Positions 5,382 to 13,769 of a stretch of DNA of 43,228 bases are shown in pieces. The position numbers were made by a program, and so were the translations under genes. The notes beneath the pieces are model-generated. The model was not told the DNA's origin and made no database searches. It saw nothing but the letters and a program-made list of their open reading frames with translations. The DNA is taken from IMG/VR virus record IMGVR_UViG_3300024518_000010. The stretch is one strand, 5' to 3'. Origin of the DNA: a virus. How positions within the stretch are numbered: the first letter of the stretch is position 1; each line of letters starts with the position of its first letter.

Positions 5382-6346
5382 TAGTGTGTTTTCACGTCTG
5401 GGACTATGGGTTTGACCAAATCAGCGTAATATGATGCCGTTGTTTGCGGAGATTGGTGCCCTAAAAGGCGTTGTGCTGCGTAGATGCCGTTGTTTGTCGC
5501 TATCTGGGCTCCGAAATATTTACGTAGCTCATGATAATGCTTAAAATGCCCGAATTGCCGCTCCTTTAGCCACACATTTAGCCTACGGAAGACCAGATCA
5601 TGCCGTTCAGAGTATGTGCCTTTAATGAAATATCCTATGCCTGTGCCTAATCTTGCCCTGACCTCGGGCGATATAATCACCTTTCTAGACCTGCCGGATT
5701 TGGTTTGACCTTGAACGTGAATCAGTGTGTGCTCGCCCTCCGTTTGTAGCCATGCAAATTCTGCCTCTGCTGCCTCGCCTCGACGTAACCCACAACAGGC
5801 GGCCAATACGAATGCTCTTTGTTCGTTGCGTGGGAGGGATGCTGAGTCTACGAATATCTTATCCATGATTGCCGGTGGCGGGGCGCTCCATTGAGTTACT
5901 TGGGTCGGCATTAGTGGGGCCTCGAGGAATCCTGTTACGTTGGGCTTGGGGTTATAAAACAACATTGCCTTGCGCGAAAAGATTGATCTGGCGCATCGGA
6001 TTGTGGAATTGGTGGATATTGGGGATGCCGTAGCGGATCGTTGATACTGGGATATGTGTTCTGCCGTTAGCGTGGTGGTTTTATCTGGATCGAGGTTATT
6101 GGCGGCCAAGATGCGGTGTATTGCCTGTATGTTGGTTTTTGCCGATGGGTAGGGTGAGTGGACCAGGTATAGGTCTAATATGTGTTGGAGTTTGAGTGGC
6201 GGCAGTGGATCCGGGTATACGTGAAGATTTGCCCGGCGTTGTGCCTCGCGTTTTGAGTTTGTGCGGGTGGACCACCATTTTTCACGGCCATTGAAGTAAT
6301 ATTTGGCGTAATAGGGTCCGTTTATTTTGCGCTGGAATAGTGTCAT
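5381..6346 (-). CDS. int: Tyrosine recombinase / phage integrase
   Basis: Catalytic pattern: GLRRGE (Arg), HELRKYFGA (H-x-x-R), LLGHQSPQTTASYY (His...Tyr). The ATG at 6346 (MTLFQRKING) is preferred over the GTG at 6406, which would lie upstream of the predicted promoter. Confidence 0.85.
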   Translation of the reverse strand: MTLFQRKINGPYYAKYYFNGREKWWSTRTNSKREAQRRANLHVYPDPLPPLKLQHILDLYLVHSPYPSAKTNIQAIHRILAANNLDPDKTTTLTAEHISQYQRSATASPISTNSTIRCARSIFSRKAMLFYNPKPNVTGFLEAPLMPTQVTQWSAPPPAIMDKIFVDSASLPRNEQRAFVLAACCGLRRGEAAEAEFAWLQTEGEHTLIHVQGQTKSGRSRKVIISPEVRARLGTGIGYFIKGTYSERHDLVFRRLNVWLKERQFGHFKHYHELRKYFGAQIATNNGIYAAQRLLGHQSPQTTASYYADLVKPIVPDVKTH

Positions 6347-6354
6347 GGTGATAT

Positions 6355-6378
6355 TTAGTCTATGGATTAGTCTATGGT
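6355..6378. promoter_or_regulatory. Tandem 12-mer TTAGTCTATGG(A/T) x2 in the int leader: candidate operator
   Basis: Copies at 6355..6366 and 6367..6378, between the predicted int promoter and the int ATG. An inverted 10-mer copy CCATAGACTA lies at 2931..2940. Confidence 0.6.
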
Positions 6379-6393
6379 ATTGTTCATTGCCGT

Positions 6394-6423
6394 TACATAG
6401 CCACACCTGCCGTTACCTGTCAA
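6394..6423 (-). promoter_or_regulatory. Candidate sigma70-like int promoter (-35 TTGACA, 18-nt spacer, -10 TATGTA)
   Basis: Minus strand reads TTGACA (6423..6418) and TATGTA (6399..6394). Flanked by the direct repeat TGCCGTTAC at 6388..6396 and 6408..6416. Confidence 0.3.
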
Positions 6424-6449
6424 TGGGGAAAATAATTGGTGGTATTGCC

Positions 6450-6478
6450 TTGACGGGGGGAGATATGCGGATTAATTT
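6450..6478 (+). promoter_or_regulatory. Sigma70-like promoter for the RHH/replication arm (-35 TTGACG, 17-nt spacer, -10 TAATTT)
   Basis: TTGACG 6450..6455 and TAATTT 6473..6478. The ATG at 6488 is 9 nt downstream. Confidence 0.45.
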
Positions 6479-6487
6479 GGGTGGATC

Positions 6488-6721
6488 ATGACACGACAGA
6501 AAAATGACAAGTTGTTTAAGCAAGGGTATCACACTACGAAGATGTGGCGGGATAAGTTGGAATATCGGTTTACTGTAAGGTTGACCGAGGTTCAGATTGA
6601 AAAATTAAACAAATTGGCCCGGCTAACGGGTAAAAGTCGAAGCTGGTTGTTGCAGGATGCGCTTGACATATATGCCAGGGCGCGGTATAGGCATCAATTG
6701 ATTCGAGAACATGCTGAATGA
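6488..6721 (+). CDS. Ribbon-helix-helix (CopG/Arc-like) DNA-binding protein; candidate regulator or excision factor
   Basis: RFTVRLTEVQIEKLNKLARLTGKSRSWLLQDALDIY is a typical RHH beta-alpha-alpha pattern. The gene is divergent from int. Confidence 0.7.
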   Translation: MTRQKNDKLFKQGYHTTKMWRDKLEYRFTVRLTEVQIEKLNKLARLTGKSRSWLLQDALDIYARARYRHQLIREHAE

Positions 6722-6727
6722 ATTAGT

Positions 6728-7054
6728 TTGAGTCCATTAGAGCGTAAATTTATATATGTATGGCATGAAAAACTTAAGGGGCCGCGTTTGCAAAGGGAGC
6801 ATCAGTTCTGCCGTGACCGGAAGTGGCGATTTGATTTTTGCCAGATGGATTGTAAAGTTGCCGTTGAGATTGAGGGTGGGTTTGATCGAAGTAAGCATCG
6901 GGATTTTGGTGGGTTCACGCAGGATTGTGGGAAGTATAATAGGGCGCTGTTGGAGGGGTGGCGGGTGTTTAGGTTGACTGGGCCGATGATTGATCAGAAG
7001 AACTTGGATCCGATAATTGACTTGATAGATTGTGAGTGTGGGCGAAATAATTGA
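6728..7054 (+). CDS. Vsr/DUF559-like PD-(D/E)XK endonuclease
   Basis: REHQFCRDRKWRFDFCQMDCKVAVEIEGGF...DCGKYNRALLEGWRVFRLT matches the WRFDF...VAIE.EG...K.N...GW.V.R pattern of this fold. TTG start. Confidence 0.6.
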   Translation: MSPLERKFIYVWHEKLKGPRLQREHQFCRDRKWRFDFCQMDCKVAVEIEGGFDRSKHRDFGGFTQDCGKYNRALLEGWRVFRLTGPMIDQKNLDPIIDLIDCECGRNN

Positions 7055-7315
7055 ATGAGGGTTAACAAAGACAAGATTGACCAAATGGCTCGTGTTGCCG
7101 GGGAAGAGGCGTTTAATTCTGAGCGCAGAGACTATGAGGTTGCTATGCTGCCGTTGATATATTATTGGTGCCTTCGGGGGGCAAGTGAACATAGTAGGGG
7201 TATTGGGGACTCTGGTTTGCCTATGGACGACTATAGAGATGAGTGTTGGATGAGTGGGGCGATACACGTGAATGCTGCAATGACTGAAAGTGAAACGGAG
7301 GAAACAAATGCCTGA
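7055..7315 (+). CDS. Hypothetical protein, 86 aa
   Basis: Tracked ORF. Its start abuts the upstream stop. Confidence 0.5.
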   Translation: MRVNKDKIDQMARVAGEEAFNSERRDYEVAMLPLIYYWCLRGASEHSRGIGDSGLPMDDYRDECWMSGAIHVNAAMTESETEETNA

Positions 7316-8387
7316 TAAACATGCCAAACATTCACCGTCTACGCTAAAGGCGAAAAAACTATGCCCCGCATGGCGAAACGACAATACTGCCGACACAACT
7401 GCTGCCGATGCTGGGACCAAGTGTCATGTAGCTGCTGAGTTGAATGATTTTACTGGATTGGATGAGGACCAGATTCGGTGGGTTGAGTGGTGTCAGAAAT
7501 ATGTTGCCGACCAAAAGTTGGAAAATGGCACATGGCACACGGAGGTGAGGGTTGAGATACCTGGGGTTACGTGGGGCACGGCCGATTTATTGTTTTTGCA
7601 AAGGGACAAGGCGCACATTTTTGATTATAAGTTTGGGGCTCACCAGGTGGACCCGCCATACGATAATTTGCAGATTAAGGCATATGTTGCCGGGACGATG
7701 CACACTTTTGCCGTCAGTGAGGTGGTAGCGCACATTGTGCAGCCGAGATGTGATTTTGCCGAGTCTGCGTATTTTGATGACCAGATGTTGATTATGCTGG
7801 AAAGCGAGATTCGGGGCATTGTGGATGCTGCCTCTGCCGAGGTGCCGGAGCAAAGAGTAAACGACATGTGCCAATTCTGCGGCAAACGGGCTGAGTGTAA
7901 TGCCTTGGGCCAAGTTGCCCTGACAACGGCGAAACAGTATAGTGCCTTGACCATGCCTGAGCAGTTTCACCCGAGCAAAATTACTGATCCCGAGCAAATG
8001 GCCCATGCTAAGGCGATAGCTGCCGTGCTGGAACCGTGGATTAAGAGTGTCAAGCATCATTCTAATGCCATGGCCGCCAGGGGGATAGAGGTGCCGGGGT
8101 ATCATGTGAGAAATAAAGCGGGTCGGTTGTCGCTATCTGCCGTTGATTTAGCGGTAGACGTGGCGAAGGGTATTGTGGATCCGTCATCGTTAGCGGCGGC
8201 ATGCAGTTTAAGTTTGCCCAAGCTGAAGCAGGTATTGATGGAGGATTTGCCGGGGGTGGGCAAAGATGTTTATGACGAACTAGTAGGAGAGTGGGAGGAT
8301 GCCGGGTTATTAGAGCGTGGGGCGCCGGTGAGTTATTTAGTAAAAGACAGTAAGCGGACGAAACAAGTGAAACAGATAGAGTTATGA
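7308..8387 (+). CDS. PD-(D/E)XK nuclease, DUF2800/Cas4-like (recombination exonuclease)
   Basis: ATG at 7308 is preceded by GGAGGA. Sequence features: HSPSTLKAKKLCPAW, GTADLLF...IFDYKFG...NLQIKAY (D...D/E-x-K core), and a C-terminal Cys cluster CQFCGKRAEC. Confidence 0.7.
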   Translation: MPDKHAKHSPSTLKAKKLCPAWRNDNTADTTAADAGTKCHVAAELNDFTGLDEDQIRWVEWCQKYVADQKLENGTWHTEVRVEIPGVTWGTADLLFLQRDKAHIFDYKFGAHQVDPPYDNLQIKAYVAGTMHTFAVSEVVAHIVQPRCDFAESAYFDDQMLIMLESEIRGIVDAASAEVPEQRVNDMCQFCGKRAECNALGQVALTTAKQYSALTMPEQFHPSKITDPEQMAHAKAIAAVLEPWIKSVKHHSNAMAARGIEVPGYHVRNKAGRLSLSAVDLAVDVAKGIVDPSSLAAACSLSLPKLKQVLMEDLPGVGKDVYDELVGEWEDAGLLERGAPVSYLVKDSKRTKQVKQIEL

Positions 8388-9112
8388 AAGAAGACATCAA
8401 GACAACAGAGGCGACGAGTGACGAATTGCGAAATGCGGTTGACGACGTGACGGCTGATCTACAGGAGCCGATTTTACATGAGTTGCCGCAGGGGATGGGT
8501 GGTGACTGGGGGGATGCTTTGTCGAGACACAGTCGATTGAGTTTAACCCAGGCGATAGGGGATTTGAGCACGGCATGTGGAGGTGCTGGCAAGTGGGTGT
8601 TGGACCGGGAGCATGTGTTTGAGGGGGCAGAATTAGATGTAGCGGTGGTGGGGCTGATGCGGGGGTATAAAACCAGGCGCAAAAATGCCGATGATCCACC
8701 GAGCGAGTATTTTGCCACACGGCAGCAGGCAGAGGCAGAGGGGTATACGACGAGATGGATGTCTGATGAGAACGATGTCAGGATAGCACCGAGTGCGCCA
8801 GTGTATGTGAGCATGTCTGTGTTGGTGCGGGGCGATGATCCTGGGTATTTTCTGCATAATATTAACGGAGAGTTCTGGGTTATCGCGGAGTTTGAGCCCA
8901 GTGTTGCCGCTACCAAGGTGCTGGAAAAGAGTTGTTTGAAGATCAGGTCTGCTGCCTTACGTAAACGAGTTCCCTTGCATGCTGTAAAGTGCCGGTTGAA
9001 GGCGACTGAGATATCGTATCGGGGTGGCAACAAAGGGTATGCTGCCGAATTGATGGTTGACGGGTTTCATGGGAGTGAGTTTGTGACTGCTGCCGGGGAG
9101 GTGCTAGCATGA
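8384..9112 (+). CDS. Hypothetical protein, 242 aa, in the position usually held by an SSB or annealase
   Basis: Tracked ORF with ATGA-type coupling on both sides. No motif recognised. Confidence 0.55.
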   Translation: MKEDIKTTEATSDELRNAVDDVTADLQEPILHELPQGMGGDWGDALSRHSRLSLTQAIGDLSTACGGAGKWVLDREHVFEGAELDVAVVGLMRGYKTRRKNADDPPSEYFATRQQAEAEGYTTRWMSDENDVRIAPSAPVYVSMSVLVRGDDPGYFLHNINGEFWVIAEFEPSVAATKVLEKSCLKIRSAALRKRVPLHAVKCRLKATEISYRGGNKGYAAELMVDGFHGSEFVTAAGEVLA

Positions 9113-9294
9113 ATGTTGGTGACAGGTGTGCGGTTGCCTTGCCTGGGTGGAAGAGTCACAAGGTCGGGGTTGTAGTTGAGGTGGGAACCAGTTTTGCCCG
9201 TGTCTGGGATCCAGTGGGTCCATACGACCAGGCCGAGTTTGCGGAGTGGTTTCCGCAGAAGTTTGTGTTTTTGGCCAAGCGAAAGGAGAAATAA
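9109..9294 (+). CDS. Hypothetical small protein, 61 aa
   Basis: Tracked ORF, translationally coupled on both sides. Confidence 0.5.
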   Translation: MNVGDRCAVALPGWKSHKVGVVVEVGTSFARVWDPVGPYDQAEFAEWFPQKFVFLAKRKEK

Positions 9295-9599
9295 TGAGTA
9301 AAAGTAATTCTGAGAGAGGGATACAGCGGATACGCCGTGTATTGCCGACTGTGGAAAAGTGCCTTGCGTGGAATGGTGATCATTGGGCGATGCGCGAATG
9401 GGCCGAAATTATGAAGGGTGATACGCACTGGATGCCGATGCCCGATCCTCCGATACAACCTACTGTGAAAGAAGAGTATCAGGAATGGTATAGTAGTATG
9501 GAGAACATCATCGACTGGGACGAGGCAGATGGAGCAGGAGCTAAAGCGGAAGTTGCCTGGATTGCCGCGCACAAGAAGTATTCGACAAAAACGAAGTGA
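9294..9599 (+). CDS. Hypothetical protein with DUF551-like HWMPMPDPP motif
   Basis: ATG at 9294 (TAATG overlap) is preceded by AAGGAG. Motif GDTHWMPMPDPP. Confidence 0.6.
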   Translation: MSKSNSERGIQRIRRVLPTVEKCLAWNGDHWAMREWAEIMKGDTHWMPMPDPPIQPTVKEEYQEWYSSMENIIDWDEADGAGAKAEVAWIAAHKKYSTKTK

Positions 9600-9691
9600 C
9601 CAAATTTTGCCATCTGCCTCGTCGCCGGGTTTTATTTTCACCTCCCCGGCACACACCTCCAGCGGGGCGGGTGGCTTTTTTTTAAACCGAT

Positions 9692-11440
9692 ATGACCAAA
9701 ATAGCTGCCGTTGATTTCGAGACGTTCTACGATAAAGACACAATTTACTCACTAAAGAGCATGCCGCCTGACCTGTATTGCCGGGATGAGCGGTTTGATC
9801 CGTATTTGGTGTCTATAGTGAGTAATACTGGTGTCCGTTGGGTTGGTGATCCTATTGATGCGCCGTGGCACGGGATTGATGGGTATACTTGGGTGTCACA
9901 TAACGCCAATTTCGACCGGCATGTGTATCGGGCCTGGTGCGGCAATGATTACAAAAACTGGCAATGTAGTGCCAATGCCGCTGCCTACCGTCAGTTGCCG
10001 CGAGCCCTTGACAAAGCTGCCAAAGTGTGTCTGGGGAGGGAGGTTGACAAGTCTGCCAGGGCTAATATGAAGGGCAAGCATTGGGCCGATATCTCGGTGG
10101 ATGAGCAGAATGTTATGCGTGATTATGCGCTAAAAGACTCTGATACCTGCCTTGATTTGTATAACGATCTTGTGCCCGACTGGCCTGAACGGGAGCAATA
10201 TTTGTCGAGAGAGGGTATCGAGAGTGGCATATATGGAGTTTGTGTGGACGAAGATTTAGTTGAATCAGGGCTAACCAAGTTACGCACAATCAGAGGATCC
10301 GCTATCAAAGAAATCCCCTGGGCCGAGCGCGACAAAAAGGGCAACATGGTTGTGGCGAGTGGAGTGATGTTGGCCAAGTATTGTCGACAACAAGGTATTG
10401 TGCCCCCCGAGTCTACGGCCGATGGTGATCCTTCATTTGAGCGATGGATGGATGTGTATGGCGCCGATCACCCGTGTGTTGCTGCCTTGGGGCGCTGGCG
10501 TAGGTCTAATCGGGCGATACGGATATTAGAGGGGATTGAGGCGAGAGTGCGGGAGGACGGGACAATTGCCTTTAACCTGAAGTATTATGGCGCCTCTGCG
10601 ACAGGTCGGTGGAGTGGGGATGCCAAACTGAACATGCAAAACCTGCCCCGCAAACCTGTGTTCGGAGTGGATGTCAGGCGATGCTTTGTGGCGAGGCCGG
10701 GTAAACAATTGATCCTTGCTGACCTTAGCCAGATTGAACCTCGGTGTTTGGCGGTATTAACGGGACAAACTGAGGCACTGGATGCGATGCGAAAAGGCAT
10801 GAGTCCCTACGAGATCCACGCCCGAATGACGATGGGGTATACAGATTCCCGGCCACTGAAAGAAGTTGATCCTGATAAATATCTATACGCCAAGGTGAGG
10901 GTGTTGGGCCTGGGGTATCAGTGTGGTGGTGATCGGTTTCAAAGTGTTGCCCATTCGTTTGGTTTGGAGCTAGACAATGCCGAGTCGCACAGGGTTGTGA
11001 AAGAGTTTCGTCACTCAAATCCTGCCATCACGCAATATTGGCGGGGGCTAGATAGTGCCTTCAAACATCATCGAGGGCAAAATTGGGGGTTGACACTGCC
11101 GTCGGGTCGTGCGATTAAGTATTATGACATTGCCTCTCACAAGTATTGGTCGGCTGCCATTACGAAGGGCGACACACATCGGAGTTTTTATGGGGGGAAG
11201 TTGTGCGAGAACAGTGTCCAAGGTTTGGCAAGGGACGTATTTGCCGATGTATATTGGCGAGTTAGTCAAGCCGGGTTTAGAGTCCTATGGAGTGTGCATG
11301 ACGAGTTGATAATCGAGGTTGACGAGGACGATGCCTCTGCTGCGGATGCTGTCAAGCACATTATGTCACAGTCACCAGAGTGGCTACCAGAGCTACCATT
11401 ATCAGTAGACATAGGAGTATCAAAATGCTACAAAAAGTAA
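9692..11440 (+). CDS. Family A DNA polymerase with 3'-5' exonuclease domain
   Basis: Exo motifs AAVDFET, HNANFD and YALKDSD. Pol motif A ILADLSQIEPR, motif B-like KVRVLGLGYQCG, motif C SVHDELI. Confidence 0.9.
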   Translation: MTKIAAVDFETFYDKDTIYSLKSMPPDLYCRDERFDPYLVSIVSNTGVRWVGDPIDAPWHGIDGYTWVSHNANFDRHVYRAWCGNDYKNWQCSANAAAYRQLPRALDKAAKVCLGREVDKSARANMKGKHWADISVDEQNVMRDYALKDSDTCLDLYNDLVPDWPEREQYLSREGIESGIYGVCVDEDLVESGLTKLRTIRGSAIKEIPWAERDKKGNMVVASGVMLAKYCRQQGIVPPESTADGDPSFERWMDVYGADHPCVAALGRWRRSNRAIRILEGIEARVREDGTIAFNLKYYGASATGRWSGDAKLNMQNLPRKPVFGVDVRRCFVARPGKQLILADLSQIEPRCLAVLTGQTEALDAMRKGMSPYEIHARMTMGYTDSRPLKEVDPDKYLYAKVRVLGLGYQCGGDRFQSVAHSFGLELDNAESHRVVKEFRHSNPAITQYWRGLDSAFKHHRGQNWGLTLPSGRAIKYYDIASHKYWSAAITKGDTHRSFYGGKLCENSVQGLARDVFADVYWRVSQAGFRVLWSVHDELIIEVDEDDASAADAVKHIMSQSPEWLPELPLSVDIGVSKCYKK

Positions 11441-11628
11441 CGTGGAAAAATGTTCACAGCGCACCGGGTCATAAAGAGTTTTGGGCGCCAGACAACGCCA
11501 ACCTAGAGGACTGCCCCAAATGCAAATACGGGACACTGCGGAGCTACGAAAACTCAGATCATCTTTACTGCATTGATTGTAAAATGGTTTATCGAGACAG
11601 GGAGGACGTTAAAAATTTCGTCAAATGA
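11425..11628 (+). CDS. Zinc-ribbon protein, 67 aa
   Basis: ATG at 11425 is preceded by GGAG. CPKC...CIDC. Overlaps the pol 3' end by 16 nt. Confidence 0.5.
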   Translation: MLQKVTWKNVHSAPGHKEFWAPDNANLEDCPKCKYGTLRSYENSDHLYCIDCKMVYRDREDVKNFVK

Positions 11629-13769
11629 AGATATTCTCCCTGACCAACTTATCTGCATCCACACACACCGACATGCCTTTGCCGTGGGCGAACAGACTCA
11701 AGCTACCACCCGGCCAATCTAAGGCTACTCATCGTGTGTGGTGCCGTAAGCCGCGCACAAGTCATCAGTTTTACACGGCCTTCGAGCCTCTTAATCCTGC
11801 CGTTCGGGTGTCGACTAAGAACCCCCCTCATCTGCTGCACGGGATAGTTGCCGACTACGATACTGAGCTAGACACACATGAGTTGCACAATGGCATTAAA
11901 AACCGTGCCGTGGCTAATTTAAAACCGTCATATCTGGACAGAACAAGAAGTGGTGGAGTCCATGCCGTGTGGGTGTTTGAGAAGCCGTTGTTGGTGGACC
12001 CTCGATACCTGAGTAAGTTGCTAAAGTTACTTGCCAAGGAGCTTAATCTGGATAACATCTGGACCGGGTTTGACGACAAGGCATTTGAGAATGTATCGCA
12101 GTATTATTGTTCTGGCGACTGGGAGTCATTAAGCAAGTGCCTAGTGCCCACATCGTTGTTGTATTTTTTGCAAGAACAGGCTTCTCGCAACGTGGCGTGG
12201 GGGGAGGTGACTATCCCGCTTGACAAGGTTGCCGATGAAGTTGAAAAACAATACCCTGGTCGTTGGCCCGGCAAGTTTGAACTAAGTGCCAGGGGGCCAA
12301 GGTTTTGGGACACTGCGTCCATGTCTCACAGTGCCTATGTTCACGAGGAGGGGATGTTGTGCCACTCGGGGGATGAGCCATTTGTGCCGTGGCAGAAGAT
12401 ATTGGGCAGGGATTTTGTTCGTGACTATGAGGCAGATAGGATGGGCGGTTCGATTGAGGGGTTTTATTACGATGGCACTTCTTATTACACCGACATGTCG
12501 AAAACTGATGTACCAAATTACGAACACATGACCCGGATATCTGCCGTTACTAGGCTCAAGTGCCGGGGGTTATCTGCGACAGTGCCCAAAGATGATACTG
12601 CTTCCCAGGTGGAGCGAGCAATAGATATGATTGAGCGGGTAAATCGGGTTGTGGCGGCCGTGCCATTTGTGCTACACCGGGATGCCGAACAGTTTTTTCA
12701 AGGCAAAAAGTATCTCAACACGTCCTCTCTTCGAGCATTGGAGCCGGTCAAGGGAATATGTGCCTGGGGCGAGGGGTTCGAGTGGTTGGCCCATTGGTAT
12801 GATCAGTTTTTTGCTGCGCCGGAGCAACTAGAGCGGTTTTTGTCATGGCTACATCGAGTCTATTCTGCCGCGCTCAACCTGGCCCCGGTCAAGAGTCAAG
12901 CGTTGTTTGTGTGTGGCGATACCTCGACAGGCAAGTCACTGTGTGCTCGGGGAGTGGTTGGTGGTCTGTTAGGGGGGTTTAGCGATGCCGAGCGATATTT
13001 GACGGGCAAGTCTCAATTTAATTCTGACTATTTTGAAAGGGCATTGTGGTCACTAGATGATGATGGGCCGAGTACGCAGAAGGGAGGGCATATTATGTTT
13101 TCTAATCTGATCAAAAAGGTAGTGGCGAACCATGTGTTTTCGTATGAGGCCAAATTTAAAAATGCTTGCACCCTGCCTTGGTATGGGACGGTAACGGCGA
13201 CGTGTAATGCGGATCCTCGGTCTTTGAGAATGATACCGGATTTGGACATTAACATTTTGGACAAGATGTTGTTATTCAGGGTCAATCCAACAGCGTTTCA
13301 GAACTTTCCAGATCGAGACGAATTGGATGGCATCCTCAAAAAAGAACTACCCCACTTAGCTGCCTTTCTACGGGACTATCGAGTGCCGGAACATTGTAAA
13401 AGCACGGCCCGGTTTGGAATTAAGAGCTTTCATGACCCAGAGTTGATGGATATATCGGAGTCATCGAAGGCGTCACAATATGCTTCTGAGTTGATAGAGG
13501 TTTGGCTGAGAGAGCGGTATCTTGTTACCCAGGACGTTTGGTCCGGCAGTATTGTGGAAATGATGAAAGACATCAACACATGCGAGGGGCTGGACAAACT
13601 CAACGAACGGAGCCCGGCTGCCTTCGGTCTTCGGTTACATCGTCTTGGAGTGGACGGCAGTGGTTGGTTTCGGAAAAGACGAACTAATAAGGGCATGAAG
13701 TATTGGTTATACAACCCAGATCAGCCAAAGACATGGCCCAAAAACGGGGAGTGTGAGCACGATAACTAA
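11625..13769 (+). CDS. Primase-polymerase / SF3 (D5/P4-like) helicase fusion
   Basis: N-terminal PrimPol-like RSGGVHAVWVFEKPL. Walker A VCGDTSTGKS and Walker B-like LWSLDDDG. Confidence 0.8.
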   Translation: MKIFSLTNLSASTHTDMPLPWANRLKLPPGQSKATHRVWCRKPRTSHQFYTAFEPLNPAVRVSTKNPPHLLHGIVADYDTELDTHELHNGIKNRAVANLKPSYLDRTRSGGVHAVWVFEKPLLVDPRYLSKLLKLLAKELNLDNIWTGFDDKAFENVSQYYCSGDWESLSKCLVPTSLLYFLQEQASRNVAWGEVTIPLDKVADEVEKQYPGRWPGKFELSARGPRFWDTASMSHSAYVHEEGMLCHSGDEPFVPWQKILGRDFVRDYEADRMGGSIEGFYYDGTSYYTDMSKTDVPNYEHMTRISAVTRLKCRGLSATVPKDDTASQVERAIDMIERVNRVVAAVPFVLHRDAEQFFQGKKYLNTSSLRALEPVKGICAWGEGFEWLAHWYDQFFAAPEQLERFLSWLHRVYSAALNLAPVKSQALFVCGDTSTGKSLCARGVVGGLLGGFSDAERYLTGKSQFNSDYFERALWSLDDDGPSTQKGGHIMFSNLIKKVVANHVFSYEAKFKNACTLPWYGTVTATCNADPRSLRMIPDLDINILDKMLLFRVNPTAFQNFPDRDELDGILKKELPHLAAFLRDYRVPEHCKSTARFGIKSFHDPELMDISESSKASQYASELIEVWLRERYLVTQDVWSGSIVEMMKDINTCEGLDKLNERSPAAFGLRLHRLGVDGSGWFRKRRTNKGMKYWLYNPDQPKTWPKNGECEHDN

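Noticed and set aside
6346-6406. GTG start at 6406 for the integrase, as in the ORF track
   Set aside because: The added 20 residues (MWLCNGNEQYHRLIHRLNIT) would begin within the predicted int promoter, in the spacer upstream of its -10. They also overlap the operator-like repeats. The ATG at 6346 gives a typical integrase N-terminus.
6737-9033. Long antisense ORFs 6737..7420 (-), 7587..8105 (-) and 8062..9033 (-, 323 aa)
   Set aside because: They lie opposite well-supported + strand genes carrying clear motifs (endonuclease, DUF2800-type nuclease). Their sequences are Pro/Ser/His-rich and low-complexity with no coupling or RBS, so they look like shadow ORFs.
9521-9622. 12-nt inverted repeat CGAGGCAGATGG / CCATCTGCCTCG flanking the end of ORF 9294..9599
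   Set aside because: Chance expectation for a 12-mer inverted repeat within 100 nt is not negligible for this genome size (roughly 0.2-0.3). No supporting structure or T-tract follows.
9640-9683. Rho-independent terminator before the polymerase gene (T8 run at 9675..9682)
   Set aside because: Only weak 4-5-bp stems (CCCCG/CGGGG with a 16-nt loop, or CACC/GGTG) can be drawn, and none abuts the T run. This is not convincing.
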